This document shows positions 11,005 to 20,772 of a stretch of DNA of 64,000 nt, piece by piece (the first letter of the stretch is position 1; the number at the start of each line of letters is the position of its first letter). Made by a program: the position numbers and the translations under genes. The notes under the pieces were generated by a model. That model was not told the DNA's origin. It worked only from the letters and a program-made list of their open reading frames with translations, and did no database searches. Origin of the DNA: an uncultured Desulfosarcina sp. (GTDB taxonomy: Bacteria > Desulfobacterota > Desulfobacteria > Desulfobacterales > Desulfosarcinaceae); NCBI GenBank assembly GCA_963674945.2, contig CAXXWQ010000003.1, positions 352,001 to 416,000 of the forward strand, read 5' to 3'.

Positions 11005-11763
11005 ATGGATCTTTTCACGCTTACGAATCGAATCGCCCTGGTGACCGGCGCAAGCCGGGGGCTGGGCCGTGCCATGGCCGTCGGCATGGATAGTGCCGGC
11101 GCCCATATCGTTGCCCTCGGCAGGGACAGGCGTTCATTGAATGTTACCGCAGATGAGATCGCTGCGGCCGGTGGAACATCGACCATCGTTGAGGTCGATT
11201 TGTGCGATGATGCAGCAGTTCAGGAGATGGTGACCGACACCGTGAAAACGCTTGGCAGGATCGATATCCTCGTCAACAATGCCGGGATCTCGTCGATGAA
11301 ACGCACAACCGAAATTACGAAAGCCGAATGGGATCGTGTGCTGGATACCAACCTGAATTCTGTTTTTGTGCTCTCCCAGGCGGTCGGTCGGCAAATGATC
11401 GAGAAAAAACAGGGCAACATCATCAACATCGCCTCCATATACGGAAAGATGGCCTCCAACCGATCGCTGCACTATTGCGCCTCCAAGGCGGCCACCATTC
11501 AAATGACCAGAGCATTGGCCCTTGAATGGGCGCCGTTCAATATCCGGGTCAACTGCATCGCTCCCGGGTTTTTTCAAACGGAAATGACGACGGACCAACA
11601 GACAAGTGAGAAGCACTACTCCTTTTTAATGCAAAAGATTCCTCTCAAGCGATTCGGAGATCCTGAAGAAATTATCGGAAGCGTACTGTTCTTGTCGTCG
11701 GATGCTTCCAGATACGTTACCGGATCCACGCTGTTTGTCGATGGTGGGTACTCTATCTGGTAG
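11005..11763 (+). CDS. Short-chain dehydrogenase/reductase (SDR)
   Basis: TGASRGLG, LVNNAG, YCASK, VDGG. Confidence 0.95.
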   Translation: MDLFTLTNRIALVTGASRGLGRAMAVGMDSAGAHIVALGRDRRSLNVTADEIAAAGGTSTIVEVDLCDDAAVQEMVTDTVKTLGRIDILVNNAGISSMKRTTEITKAEWDRVLDTNLNSVFVLSQAVGRQMIEKKQGNIINIASIYGKMASNRSLHYCASKAATIQMTRALALEWAPFNIRVNCIAPGFFQTEMTTDQQTSEKHYSFLMQKIPLKRFGDPEEIIGSVLFLSSDASRYVTGSTLFVDGGYSIW

Positions 11764-11857
11764 CGCTTCTGACGACCAGTCGATTGTCGGCTGCATTACT
11801 TTTTCGGAACGTATCGCTTCGTTCGTAACACTTTTACGTTATTTGGAGATTTCTCCC

Positions 11858-12980
11858 ATGGGTCCATTGAAAGGAATCAAAATACTTGAATTCGGAGGTA
11901 TCGGAGCAATCCCCTTTTGCGGCCAGATGCTTGCCGACATGGGTGCCACGCTTTTGCGTATTGAGCGTAAAGGCGGACCCAGGGCAAGACTGGGCAAGGC
12001 CAAATTCAATGTCTGGTTCCGGAACCGCCCGGCGGTCTATATCGATTTCAAACAGGAACAGGCGCGGAAGACGATTTTCAAGCTGATTGAGTCCGCTGAC
12101 GGAACGATTGAGGGGTTTCGGCCCGGAGTCATGGAACGGCTGGGGATCGGTCCCGACGAATGCCTGCAGCGAAACCCCAAACTGATATATGGGCGTCTTA
12201 CCGGCTATGGCCGCGAAGGTCCACTTTCCATGGCTGCGGGCCACGACATCAATTATCTGGCCATATCCGGCGGCCTGGGTGCCATCGGGCACAAAGAGAG
12301 CCGCCCGGTTCCACCGCTGAATGTTCTGGCGGATCTGGGTGGCGGTGGTCTCATGTTGGCATTTGGAATGGTTTGCGCGCTCCTGGAATGCCGCAGGTCC
12401 GGCAAGGGACAGGTCGTCGATGCGGCCATGGTCGATGGCTGTGCCGCATTGTTCGGCGCCTTTTACGGCTGGTGGGCCGCCAATGTATGGAAGGATTCGA
12501 AAGGTGAGAATCTGTTGGACAGCGGAGCCCCGTTCTACGATACCTACCAGACGGCGGACGGCAAGCACATTGCGCTCGGGGCGCTTGAACCCGAATTTTT
12601 CCGGACGGTTCTGCAATGCATGGGCATCGATGGTTCAAAGTTCAGAAAACCACACCGATGAAAAATGCTGGCCGGCGCTCAGACAACGACTGTGTTCGAC
12701 ATTTAAGACAAAAACGAGAGACGAATGGTGTGCCATTATGGAAGGTTTCGATACCTGTTTTGCACCGGTACTGTCTTTCGGTGAAGCCGTCCGTCACCCC
12801 CACAATCGTGCCCGCGATACATTTGTTGAGATTGAGGGCGTAATCCAGCCCACACCTGCCCCCCGATTTTCCCGTACCCGACCGGAAATCAATACGCCGC
12901 CAGCCGAACCAGGAGACAATTTAGAAGACTCACTGCTGCAATGGGGATTCAGTCGCAGTGAGATAACGGAAATTTTGTAG
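11858..12980 (+). pseudogene. CaiB/BaiF family III CoA-transferase / alpha-methylacyl-CoA racemase-like, frameshifted near 12646-12649
   Basis: The N-terminal part (EGFRPGVMERLG, AGHDINY) ends at 12661. The C-terminal part (WPALRQRL...PAPRFSRT) continues in another frame to 12980. Removing one A from AGAAAAC restores the frame. Confidence 0.85.
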
Positions 12981-13051
12981 GAAAGCGTCCTCTAATCTGC
13001 TGATAGAGAACAGACTAAATGACGAAGACAAATCCAGGTAAAGGTCAAACA

Positions 13052-14509
13052 ATGAAGATCGAGACCAGTTCAGACTACATGTCCAGTTTGCAGGCAATCA
13101 AACCGGTTATTTATTACAAAGGCGAGAAAATCGAAGACGTAACCACGCACCCGGCCACAACGCCCCATGTGCGGGCCGCGGCCATGACCTATGCATTGGC
13201 TTCTCAGGCCGAATATCACGAACTGGCCACGGCGATCTCCCATCTTACAGGAAGAAAGATCAGCCGCTTTACCCATGTCCACCAGAATGTTGAAGATCTC
13301 ATCAAGAAAGTTAAGCTGTTACGTGTTCTGGGACAGAAGACCGGCACCTGCTTCCAGCGCTGCGTGGGATTCGACGGTATCAACGCCACCTACGCCACGG
13401 TCTATGAAATTGACCGGAAGTACGGCACCGACTACCTGGAGCGGTTCAAAAAATGGCTGATTCGTGTCCAGGACGAGAACTTGATGGTGGTTGGCGCCAT
13501 GACCGACCCGAAGGGCGACCGATCCAAAGGACCGGCCGACCAGCCCGATCCGGACCAATATCTCCACATCGTAGAGCGCCGCGAAGACGGCATCGTCATC
13601 CGCGGCGCCAAACTTCATATGACCGGCGCGGTCAATTCCCATGAAATCCTGGTCATGCCGACCACGGCAATGAACGAGGCGTCCAAAGACTATGCCTTCA
13701 TCTGCTCGTTGCCTGTGGACGCACCCGGCATTACGATGATATTCGGTCGTCAGGCCAATGACAGCCGGCGTGATCTGAAAGAAACCATCGACGTGGGCAA
13801 ACCCTCCTTCGGCATCGTCGGCGGTGAGGCGGTGATCGCCTTCGAGGATGTTTTCGTGCCCTGGGAAAACGTCTACATGGATGGCGAAACCGACTTCACC
13901 GGTCTGATCGTACACCGTTTTGCCGCCCACCACCGGGCTAACTATGGTGCCTGCAAGACCGGCCTGATGGATGTGCTGACAGGTGCGGTGACCTACCTGG
14001 CCCAGGCACAGGGAACGGCCAAGGGTTCCCACGTGCGCGACAAGGTCACCGAGATGATCCACCTGAGCGAAACCCTGTACAGTTCGTCCATCGCCTGCTC
14101 GGCAGAGGGTGTGCCGACCCCGTCGGGAGCATTCATGGTGGACACCATGCTGGCCAATGTATGCAAGCACAACGTGACCCGGTTTCATTTCGAGGTGGCG
14201 CGCCTGGCCGTTGACCTGGCCGGTGGCTTCATCGCCACCTTGCCAAGCGAGCACGACCTGCGTAGCGAGAAGATCGGCCACATCGTGAAGAAGTATTTCT
14301 CGGGCGTGGCCGACATACCGGTGGAAGACCGCATCAAAATCGGGCGACTCATCGAGGCCATGACCGGCGGCACGGCCATGGTGGAATCCATGCATGGCGC
14401 GGGCTCACCCCAGGCCCAGCGGATCATGATCTTCCGGGAAGGCGAATTGGCAAAGAAGATGTCGCTGGCCAAGGCCCTGGCCGGTATTCCTTCACGAAAA
14501 AACGGTTGA
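13052..14509 (+). CDS. abfD: 4-hydroxybutyryl-CoA dehydratase / vinylacetyl-CoA isomerase (FAD, 4Fe-4S)
   Basis: TGTCFQRCVG, AMTDPKGDRS, HHRANYGACK, ESMHGAGSPQAQ: conserved Fe-S ligand motifs of AbfD. Confidence 0.85.
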   Translation: MKIETSSDYMSSLQAIKPVIYYKGEKIEDVTTHPATTPHVRAAAMTYALASQAEYHELATAISHLTGRKISRFTHVHQNVEDLIKKVKLLRVLGQKTGTCFQRCVGFDGINATYATVYEIDRKYGTDYLERFKKWLIRVQDENLMVVGAMTDPKGDRSKGPADQPDPDQYLHIVERREDGIVIRGAKLHMTGAVNSHEILVMPTTAMNEASKDYAFICSLPVDAPGITMIFGRQANDSRRDLKETIDVGKPSFGIVGGEAVIAFEDVFVPWENVYMDGETDFTGLIVHRFAAHHRANYGACKTGLMDVLTGAVTYLAQAQGTAKGSHVRDKVTEMIHLSETLYSSSIACSAEGVPTPSGAFMVDTMLANVCKHNVTRFHFEVARLAVDLAGGFIATLPSEHDLRSEKIGHIVKKYFSGVADIPVEDRIKIGRLIEAMTGGTAMVESMHGAGSPQAQRIMIFREGELAKKMSLAKALAGIPSRKNG

Positions 14510-15164
14510 AACGCTCAGTTTTTGTTCCCGTAGGTTCGTTTGATATGATGCAATCAATGAACGGATACGCGACTGTTCGTTTGCAATAGTGAGTCCCTTC
14601 CCCAGAAAACCTTTTTCATCTTCCTTTCCTCCTCGCCGGGCTGCCTTTTGGGCGGCCCGGTGCCGCTTGGCAAACCAGAATACCGATACGGATACAGAAT
14701 ATGGCAAACAAAAGATGCTTCGCTTGACGTAATAGCCATTTATGGGGCACCGCCCTTTCGGTTATCCCGCTACGTCGATTCCTGAATCGCATCCAAGATG
14801 CTCATCTTTGTTTCCGTACCGTATATCAAGAGTTGTATATTTCTTCTATCCACTCTTTGAACCACTTGGGCTTTTGGTAAAAAAGATAAATTAGTCCCAA
14901 TGCTGTAATGGGGATTGGAATGATCGTATCAAAAATTGCCAACACGATAATATATATCAGAATCCTGGTTTTCGTAGACATCATTTTAGTCCTTTTTTTC
15001 CGTTTCCAGCCGCCTCAATAATCCCTTTATTCTTCTTTCGGTTATGAATACCTGTCATTATGGTAATATCTGCTTGATATAGTAGCCCACATAAAATAAT
15101 ATGCCAGAAAAATTTGATTGCGTTCGGATCGTCATATTTACCTGTTAAAAGGAGATTATCTTTA

Positions 15165-15608
15165 ATGAAGAAATTATTAAAGAACTTGATTTCGATTTCT
15201 GAAACATTGTCAATCCTTGCTGTAAGGGTGGAAAAGATTGCTGATGTTTTTGAAGCAGAATCTCTGCAAGCAAAGCCTGCCAAGAAAACAGCCGCTAAGA
15301 AAAGGGCGGTTCCTAAAAAAGTCAAAAAGAAGGCGGCGCCAAAAAAGAAGGTTGCCGCTAAAAAGAAAGAGACTCCTGTAGAAGCTGAACCCACAAAGGA
15401 GGTAAGTGAGCAAGAAAGCGAACCTGAAGGCGGCATAATTGACAATATTCTCGGATTAATTAGCAGTGGCGGTGAAGGTACAACGGTTTCAGAATTAAAG
15501 GAAAAGACAGGCTTTGCACCGCGCCAAGTAAGTAATGCACTGTTCAAGCTGAAGCAGGGTGGAAAAATCGAGTCCCTTTCAAGGGGTGTTTATGTGAAAA
15601 AGGAATAA
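15165..15608 (+). CDS. Lys/Ala-rich histone H1-like protein with C-terminal winged HTH
   Basis: AKPAKKTAAKKRAVPKKVKKKAAPKKK tract followed by VSELKEKTGFAPRQVSNALFKLKQGGKIESLSRGVY. Confidence 0.65.
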   Translation: MKKLLKNLISISETLSILAVRVEKIADVFEAESLQAKPAKKTAAKKRAVPKKVKKKAAPKKKVAAKKKETPVEAEPTKEVSEQESEPEGGIIDNILGLISSGGEGTTVSELKEKTGFAPRQVSNALFKLKQGGKIESLSRGVYVKKE

Positions 15609-15732
15609 TGGTCGTTTGTGATTCTGGTCATTCAACGTATCGGAAAGTTCCTTACCGAAAGTCATCTTCATTTGCCAGAACGGCATCATCCATTAAGTAA
15701 CGTCAAAAACAAAAAGAAAGGAAAGCCCTATC

Positions 15733-15933
15733 ATGGCCAATGGAATCGTTAAGTGGTTTAATGATAAGAAAGGATTCGGGTTCATTGAACAGGAAAATGG
15801 ACCAGATGTCTTTGTGCATCACTCAGCGATCAATGCGATCGGCTTTAAATCCCTCAAAGAGGGTGATCGAGTCACCTTTGACATTGAGCAAGGGAAAAAA
15901 GGCCCTTCAGCTAAGAATGTCACCGTAGTTTAG
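15733..15933 (+). CDS. Cold-shock protein (CspA family)
   Basis: RNP1 KGFGFI and RNP2 VFVH motifs, 66 aa. Confidence 0.97.
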   Translation: MANGIVKWFNDKKGFGFIEQENGPDVFVHHSAINAIGFKSLKEGDRVTFDIEQGKKGPSAKNVTVV

Positions 15934-15948
15934 GAAATCGCCTATGAT

Positions 15949-15988
15949 AAAAGGGCATTTTCTCTGTTGATGGGGGGGTGCCCTTTTC
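15949..15988 (+). terminator. Rho-independent terminator downstream of the csp gene
   Basis: Stem AAAAGGGCA...TGCCCTTTT. Confidence 0.55.
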
Positions 15989-16028
15989 AATTTGACGTGA
16001 TTTCCAAAGATTATTTCCATTCATTTCG

Positions 16029-16287
16029 GTTTCCGGTTTCGACGAATTCTGTGTGAAGGCGTGGGCGGACGGATAGGTCGGAATTCGGCTACGGGTTAGG
16101 ATGCTATTTTGCTTGCCCGGCGGGTGGTGACGTTTAAGTGTTCCTGCAAGCGGATGGATTCTATGAATGGAAGGGAGATAAGGGAAATAAGCAAACGATG
16201 TTTCTGACTCTGCCAGATGGCAATCCTTTCGCTTTCGCCGGCCTGTGGGAAATGTGGGATAATATAAAACCTGTTGGCTTGTGGTAA
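16029..16287 (+). pseudogene. Degenerate IHF fragment fused by deletion to a central SRAP fragment (module A)
   Basis: Reads VSGFDEFCVK /fs/ RIGRNSATG*DAILLARRVVTFKCS, then ADGFYEWKGDKGNKQTMFLTLPDGNPFAFAGLWEMWD-NIKPV. Homologous to 28647-29331 and 36060-36344. Confidence 0.85.
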
Positions 16288-16335
16288 AAGGCATCAGCAT
16301 GGCAGATCCTGAACATTTTGAGATACTGAAACAGT

Positions 16336-16437
16336 ACCATTTTGTGGGCGTCCATGCTTTTTACTTGATTAAGAAATAAGTTCGAATCGGTTTTCCGTTT
16401 CAATTTGTTCTTCACGCTTCGAGGAGTGACTTGCCGT
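16336..16437. repeat. About 100-bp direct repeat (RAYT 3'-end relic), partner of 17618-17717
   Basis: accattttg..gcgtccatgcttt..acttgattaagaaataagttcgaatcggttttccg..cacgcttcgaggagtgacttgccg matches the copy at 17618 closely. Confidence 0.85.
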
Positions 16438-16451
16438 TTTTCTTACGGGTT

Positions 16452-17600
16452 TCACCCCCAGTTGATATTCGCCGGCAGTACACCTTCTTTCCCCGGTTTT
16501 CCGACAAGCTGCGGTACATACCGATTGAACGCGAACACAAATGGCATGCACAGGATCAAGCTTACCAGGGTTACCACACACGCGATACCGAAAAGGCCCA
16601 AACCGGACGGTGCAACACCGGTTTGCACCAATTTGGCCAGTGGAGGATTGAGATAGTGATAAAATATGCCATTTAGGCACATGAGCAGCAGGGTGTTCTG
16701 GCCTAGCCAAACCATTGGTTTCAGGGCGGGTGTAAAGGATGCCGCCAGTAGAACAAAAGCGCAACCGGCCAAGGCGGTCAAGGGGAACAGCAGCATGTTG
16801 CCGTGGGATGAAAAGAGTATGATGACGGCATCGTAGACATGAAACGGAAAGGGGCCGTTGTTCAACCGGTAGGTGAACAGGACCATCAGGAACGCACCTG
16901 CCGCAGCAGGCATCACGATCTTCATCGACACCACTTTTCGAAAAAGCCCCAGGCGCGTGAGGAGGACACCAACCAGATAGAAACTGTATAGGGTGATCGC
17001 CTCATGGATGAACAGATAGTTCCACCCCACGGTTCGACCTTTCAAGGGATTGAACAGATCGAGCTTCAAGTTCAATAGATAGCCTCCGACGTAAAAAATG
17101 AGAGCAGCGGCCACTATCTTGTAAGTGGAATCCTGTAAGAAACGAAAAACGCAGAAGTGAACGAGTTCGACCGAAAAGATCAGGAGGAGAAACCAGGAGG
17201 GAATGTCAAACGACGGCAGGCCGAACACGGTCGAAATGAGTCCCCCTGTATACCCTTGCACGCTGGGCAAGGACAGACCATAGAACTTGCCCTGAAAGAA
17301 TATGGGAGGAATCATCATCAAAAAGGTGAAAAAGATATAAGGCAGCAGGCGGGAAATGAATCGCTGTTTTAAAAATCTGCCCGTGCCCCATTCAAGCACA
17401 TTCTCTTTGGCGATGGTTCCGGACAAAACGATAAACAGCACCATATGAAATGAGTATATGAATTTATACTGGCCTGCGGCCGCCGTGTTCTTCAGCAGCA
17501 TCAGTTCCTCGATGAAGTGCCCGTAAAACACCAGTGCCATTGCATAAAATCGGGCAATGTCAATCATGACAATTCTTTTTTGATCGGTGCCGGCTGTCAT
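16452..17600 (-). CDS. Acyltransferase-3 family membrane O-acyltransferase
   Basis: RIVMIDIAR...LVFYGH, FIYSFHM..F..LSG, SWFL; multi-TM protein. Confidence 0.9.
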   Translation of the reverse strand: MTAGTDQKRIVMIDIARFYAMALVFYGHFIEELMLLKNTAAAGQYKFIYSFHMVLFIVLSGTIAKENVLEWGTGRFLKQRFISRLLPYIFFTFLMMIPPIFFQGKFYGLSLPSVQGYTGGLISTVFGLPSFDIPSWFLLLIFSVELVHFCVFRFLQDSTYKIVAAALIFYVGGYLLNLKLDLFNPLKGRTVGWNYLFIHEAITLYSFYLVGVLLTRLGLFRKVVSMKIVMPAAAGAFLMVLFTYRLNNGPFPFHVYDAVIILFSSHGNMLLFPLTALAGCAFVLLAASFTPALKPMVWLGQNTLLLMCLNGIFYHYLNPPLAKLVQTGVAPSGLGLFGIACVVTLVSLILCMPFVFAFNRYVPQLVGKPGKEGVLPANINWG

Positions 17601-17628
17601 AAACAGTTCCTCTCGGGACCATTTTGGA

Positions 17629-17911
17629 GACGTCTATGCTTTAATACTTGATAAGAAATGAGTTCGAATCGGTTTTTCGTTCCAATTCATTCTCCACGCT
17701 TCGAGGAGCGACTTGCCGCCAGGTGGCGTATGTTTCGTCTCCTCGCAATCTCGATGGTGCCATTTCAAATCGGACCTGAATATTTACCGCCGCTTGATTC
17801 CCATGATGCCCTCATGGTGCAACGCCCCGGGTGCATCCATTCTTGTTTTTCGTGGTATAATCACTTTTTATCAGGTGTAGTGGGCGGGGTAAAGCATGAA
17901 AGCATGACGTC
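17629..17911 (-). mobile_element. Internally deleted RAYT (REP-associated Y1 transposase) element / MITE
   Basis: The minus strand reads PRKTRMDAPGALHH..MGIKRR*IFRSD (RAYT N-terminus), joined to a RAYT C-terminal tail. Terminal inverted motifs GACGTC(T)ATGCTTT / AAAGCATGACGTC. Confidence 0.75.
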
Positions 17912-18108
17912 ACTATTTTTCCTCCGACATCAACATAAAGGATGAATTGATTTTTATCGAAAATGGTGTAGGCTCGTGTGAAATTTTCTTAGAAGCGTTC
18001 AAATGAAGATTTTGACGGGTGAGAGTTTCTTTTCGGGAAATCGAAATGTGATCCAGACGCCTTACAGCCATGAAAAAATGGTGAGCGCAAGCTCCGGATT
18101 GTTTTACT

Positions 18109-18930
18109 ATGAAAGGAAATATGTCTTTGAAATTCAACAAAAAGCTTGCTGCCCTATACAGTGCCATTGAGATGCATCGAAAAATTGTCGGTGTAAAATT
18201 TTTTTTTAATCTCCGTGATTTCGAAATCTCTTCACTCCGCACAGTACGCAGCCGCTTATCATTTTGCATGATGGTTAAAATCGCTTCGAGAGGTACGGGG
18301 CTCAAGGTCACCGAAGACAATTTCAAATGCCCGGGGTCTAGACGTGCATTGGGTATTGATAATGTGGATCGACAGTTCCGTTCTGGCGAAAAATATTTTG
18401 GGCTTGGTCTGTATAAAAACCTTGACACTGCAAGGAGTGTCGCTGATGAGATGCTTTTTCTGGACAGAAAACCAGCAGCTATGGCCGTTGCCCCCATTGA
18501 GCAGTTGGAAACTCCGCCCGATACGGTTGTCATGATTATCGATGGATACAGCGCAATGCGGATAATTCAGGGATACACATATCATTACGGCCAAGCGGGA
18601 CAAATCAGATTTTGCGGAAATCAAGGTGTTTGCTGTGAACTGACATCAAAACCCTTTATGGTTCAGGATATGAATATCTCATTATTGTGTTCCAACACGC
18701 GCTTTTCCTGTAAATGGCAGGATAGTGAGATCGGAATTGGCTTGCCATATCATATGCTGGAAGCTGTTGTTGACGGAGTTCTCAAAACTCTTAATTCTAC
18801 GGAGTCGGATAGGCGCAAAGTAGAAATCATAAAGCGTGCAAAAGCACATGGCCTTGATTTGGGTGTCGAGCTAGGAAATAATTATTTTAATAATGACCTT
18901 GGCATTGAAAAACGGAAAACCAAACTTTAA
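18109..18930 (+). CDS. DUF169-like protein
   Basis: VGVKFF, FCMMVKIA..G, CPG..RALG, PDTVVM, GNQGVCCE, SLLCSNTR pattern. Confidence 0.75.
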   Translation: MKGNMSLKFNKKLAALYSAIEMHRKIVGVKFFFNLRDFEISSLRTVRSRLSFCMMVKIASRGTGLKVTEDNFKCPGSRRALGIDNVDRQFRSGEKYFGLGLYKNLDTARSVADEMLFLDRKPAAMAVAPIEQLETPPDTVVMIIDGYSAMRIIQGYTYHYGQAGQIRFCGNQGVCCELTSKPFMVQDMNISLLCSNTRFSCKWQDSEIGIGLPYHMLEAVVDGVLKTLNSTESDRRKVEIIKRAKAHGLDLGVELGNNYFNNDLGIEKRKTKL

Positions 18931-18959
18931 CGGCGTGCCCTCTTGGCGAATAGGTACCA

Positions 18960-20075
18960 TTAGATGGGAGGGGAAGCCGAGTCAGCCATCGCCCTCGATG
19001 CGGCTACCATGGCATGGACATTCAGTGGTGGCGTTAAAAGCGGCATTGAACATGCCGGCATCAAAATAAACCCGCCGGGTAACGTTCTTCCAGCTTCAAT
19101 ACATCGGCAGGCTTCGGCATAAACATCAGCAGCGGAACCCGTCGCAAGAAGCGTGGTCGAAATATTCCCGCCAATGATATGGCGGTGGTTGAATGTGTCG
19201 GCGACTTTCTCCAGATCCATTTCTCCAATACTGAAAATGGTTCTCTCCGGCCAGGGAAGTTCGGCCCACGCGGCCAGATTATAATCGTGCCGGCCGCAAA
19301 TGTGGACAAAAAAACGTTTTACGCCTTTGTCAATCAGCTGTTGGTTGATTTTTTTTATTCGCGGCCACGAAAATGTCCTGAATATTCTCTCGCTGACAAG
19401 ATTGTTTGAATCTACCGGTGTACTTAGGAAAACCGAACAATTTTCAGCACCATATTCCTGAATCACCATTTCCGCGGCACTAAGGATAAACTTCATCGCT
19501 TTGTCATAAAGGGAATGGACTGCTTGCGGCTCCTGCAGGTACCATTTCATCAGTCTTTCTATGGACACCATGCCGGCCACCAGCGAAGAGACCGATCCAC
19601 CGCGTATCTTTACAGGATACCCCAGAGAATGGATGACCCGGTTGAATCGGGACAGATTGGGTAGCATACCCGCTGTTTGCGGATCTGGAACCTCCAAACG
19701 GTCCACATCCGACAGGCAGGTCACCGGAAATATGGCCGTGCGAGGCGCCGTATCCGCAATGGTAACAGGAAAATGACAGGCCCCGCCGAATTCCCAACCG
19801 CCCCAATCCGCCCATCCATAGGATGGAGAATCATCGACCTGCAAAAAGGCCTTGGTTAGGATCTGAACCTTCACATTGTCTTCAATGTTGGTGTAGTAGT
19901 CGTATAATGGCAATCCTGCCATCATTGCGGGGTAACCGTCGATAAAAGCAACGACCGGTGTCCTGTCGGGCTTTTGCCCCTGAACAACGGCTTGAAAGCG
20001 CCGATTCGATTGTAAGAATGAACGGCTCTGAAGCATCTGCTTCGTCCATTCTTCATATTGCGCCGAGATAGGCAT
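18960..20075 (-). CDS. URO-D superfamily / MtaA-CmuA-like Zn methyltransferase
   Basis: PDRTPV, PDP..AGMLP, HICG, GGNIST, GGFILMPACSMP..TPP.NV; exact start uncertain. Confidence 0.85.
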   Translation of the reverse strand: MPISAQYEEWTKQMLQSRSFLQSNRRFQAVVQGQKPDRTPVVAFIDGYPAMMAGLPLYDYYTNIEDNVKVQILTKAFLQVDDSPSYGWADWGGWEFGGACHFPVTIADTAPRTAIFPVTCLSDVDRLEVPDPQTAGMLPNLSRFNRVIHSLGYPVKIRGGSVSSLVAGMVSIERLMKWYLQEPQAVHSLYDKAMKFILSAAEMVIQEYGAENCSVFLSTPVDSNNLVSERIFRTFSWPRIKKINQQLIDKGVKRFFVHICGRHDYNLAAWAELPWPERTIFSIGEMDLEKVADTFNHRHIIGGNISTTLLATGSAADVYAEACRCIEAGRTLPGGFILMPACSMPLLTPPLNVHAMVAASRAMADSASPPI

Positions 20076-20772
20076 TCTGGATACTTTCGTTCCTGCTAAG
20101 GTCTTTGGAAGTTCCGCTTGCGACGATACGGCCGTTTTCCATCACGTAGTTATAATCTGAAATCCCTAAAGCGCGGCGCGCATTTTGCTCGACCAGCATT
20201 ATTGTGATCTGACGCTTGCTCAGCCTTTCAAGAACCGCGAAAAGCTCGCCAACCAAAAACGGAGCCAAGCCCAGACTCGGCTCGTCCAAAAGCAGCAGCT
20301 TGGGTTGCGCCATCAGTGCCCGTCCGATGGCCAGCATTTGTTGTTCTCCACCACTGAGCGCAACGGCCCGCTGTCGCAGGCGTTCGGCAAGCCTTGGAAA
20401 AAGGTCGAGGACCCACTCCAGGTTCTGTTGGAAGGTGTTTTTCCCGCGTTTTCCATATGCCCCCAGTTCAAGGTTCTCAAAAACGCTCATACCTGCAAAA
20501 AGAGCCCTGGACTCAGGAACCAGAGAGATACCCAGGCTGACAATCCGGTGGGGGCCGGAGTGATCGATCTTAACATCGAGGAAGCGAATGGTGCCACTGA
20601 CCGGACGAAGCAATCCGGCGATTGTTTTCAACGTAGTCGATTTTCCTGCACCGTTCGAACCAAGCAACGTAACCAGTTGCCCTTGCTGAATGTGCATATT
20701 GATCTTGCGAAGGACTTGTTGCCCGGCGTAATGTGCGTTTACCGATTCAAGGGTTAGCACGTGACTCTCCAA
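20053..20772 (-). CDS. livF: Branched-chain amino-acid-type ABC transporter ATPase
   Basis: GSNGAGKST, LSGGEQQMLAIGRALM, DEPSLGLAP. Confidence 0.92.
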   Translation of the reverse strand: MESHVLTLESVNAHYAGQQVLRKINMHIQQGQLVTLLGSNGAGKSTTLKTIAGLLRPVSGTIRFLDVKIDHSGPHRIVSLGISLVPESRALFAGMSVFENLELGAYGKRGKNTFQQNLEWVLDLFPRLAERLRQRAVALSGGEQQMLAIGRALMAQPKLLLLDEPSLGLAPFLVGELFAVLERLSKRQITIMLVEQNARRALGISDYNYVMENGRIVASGTSKDLSRNESIQNAYLGAI

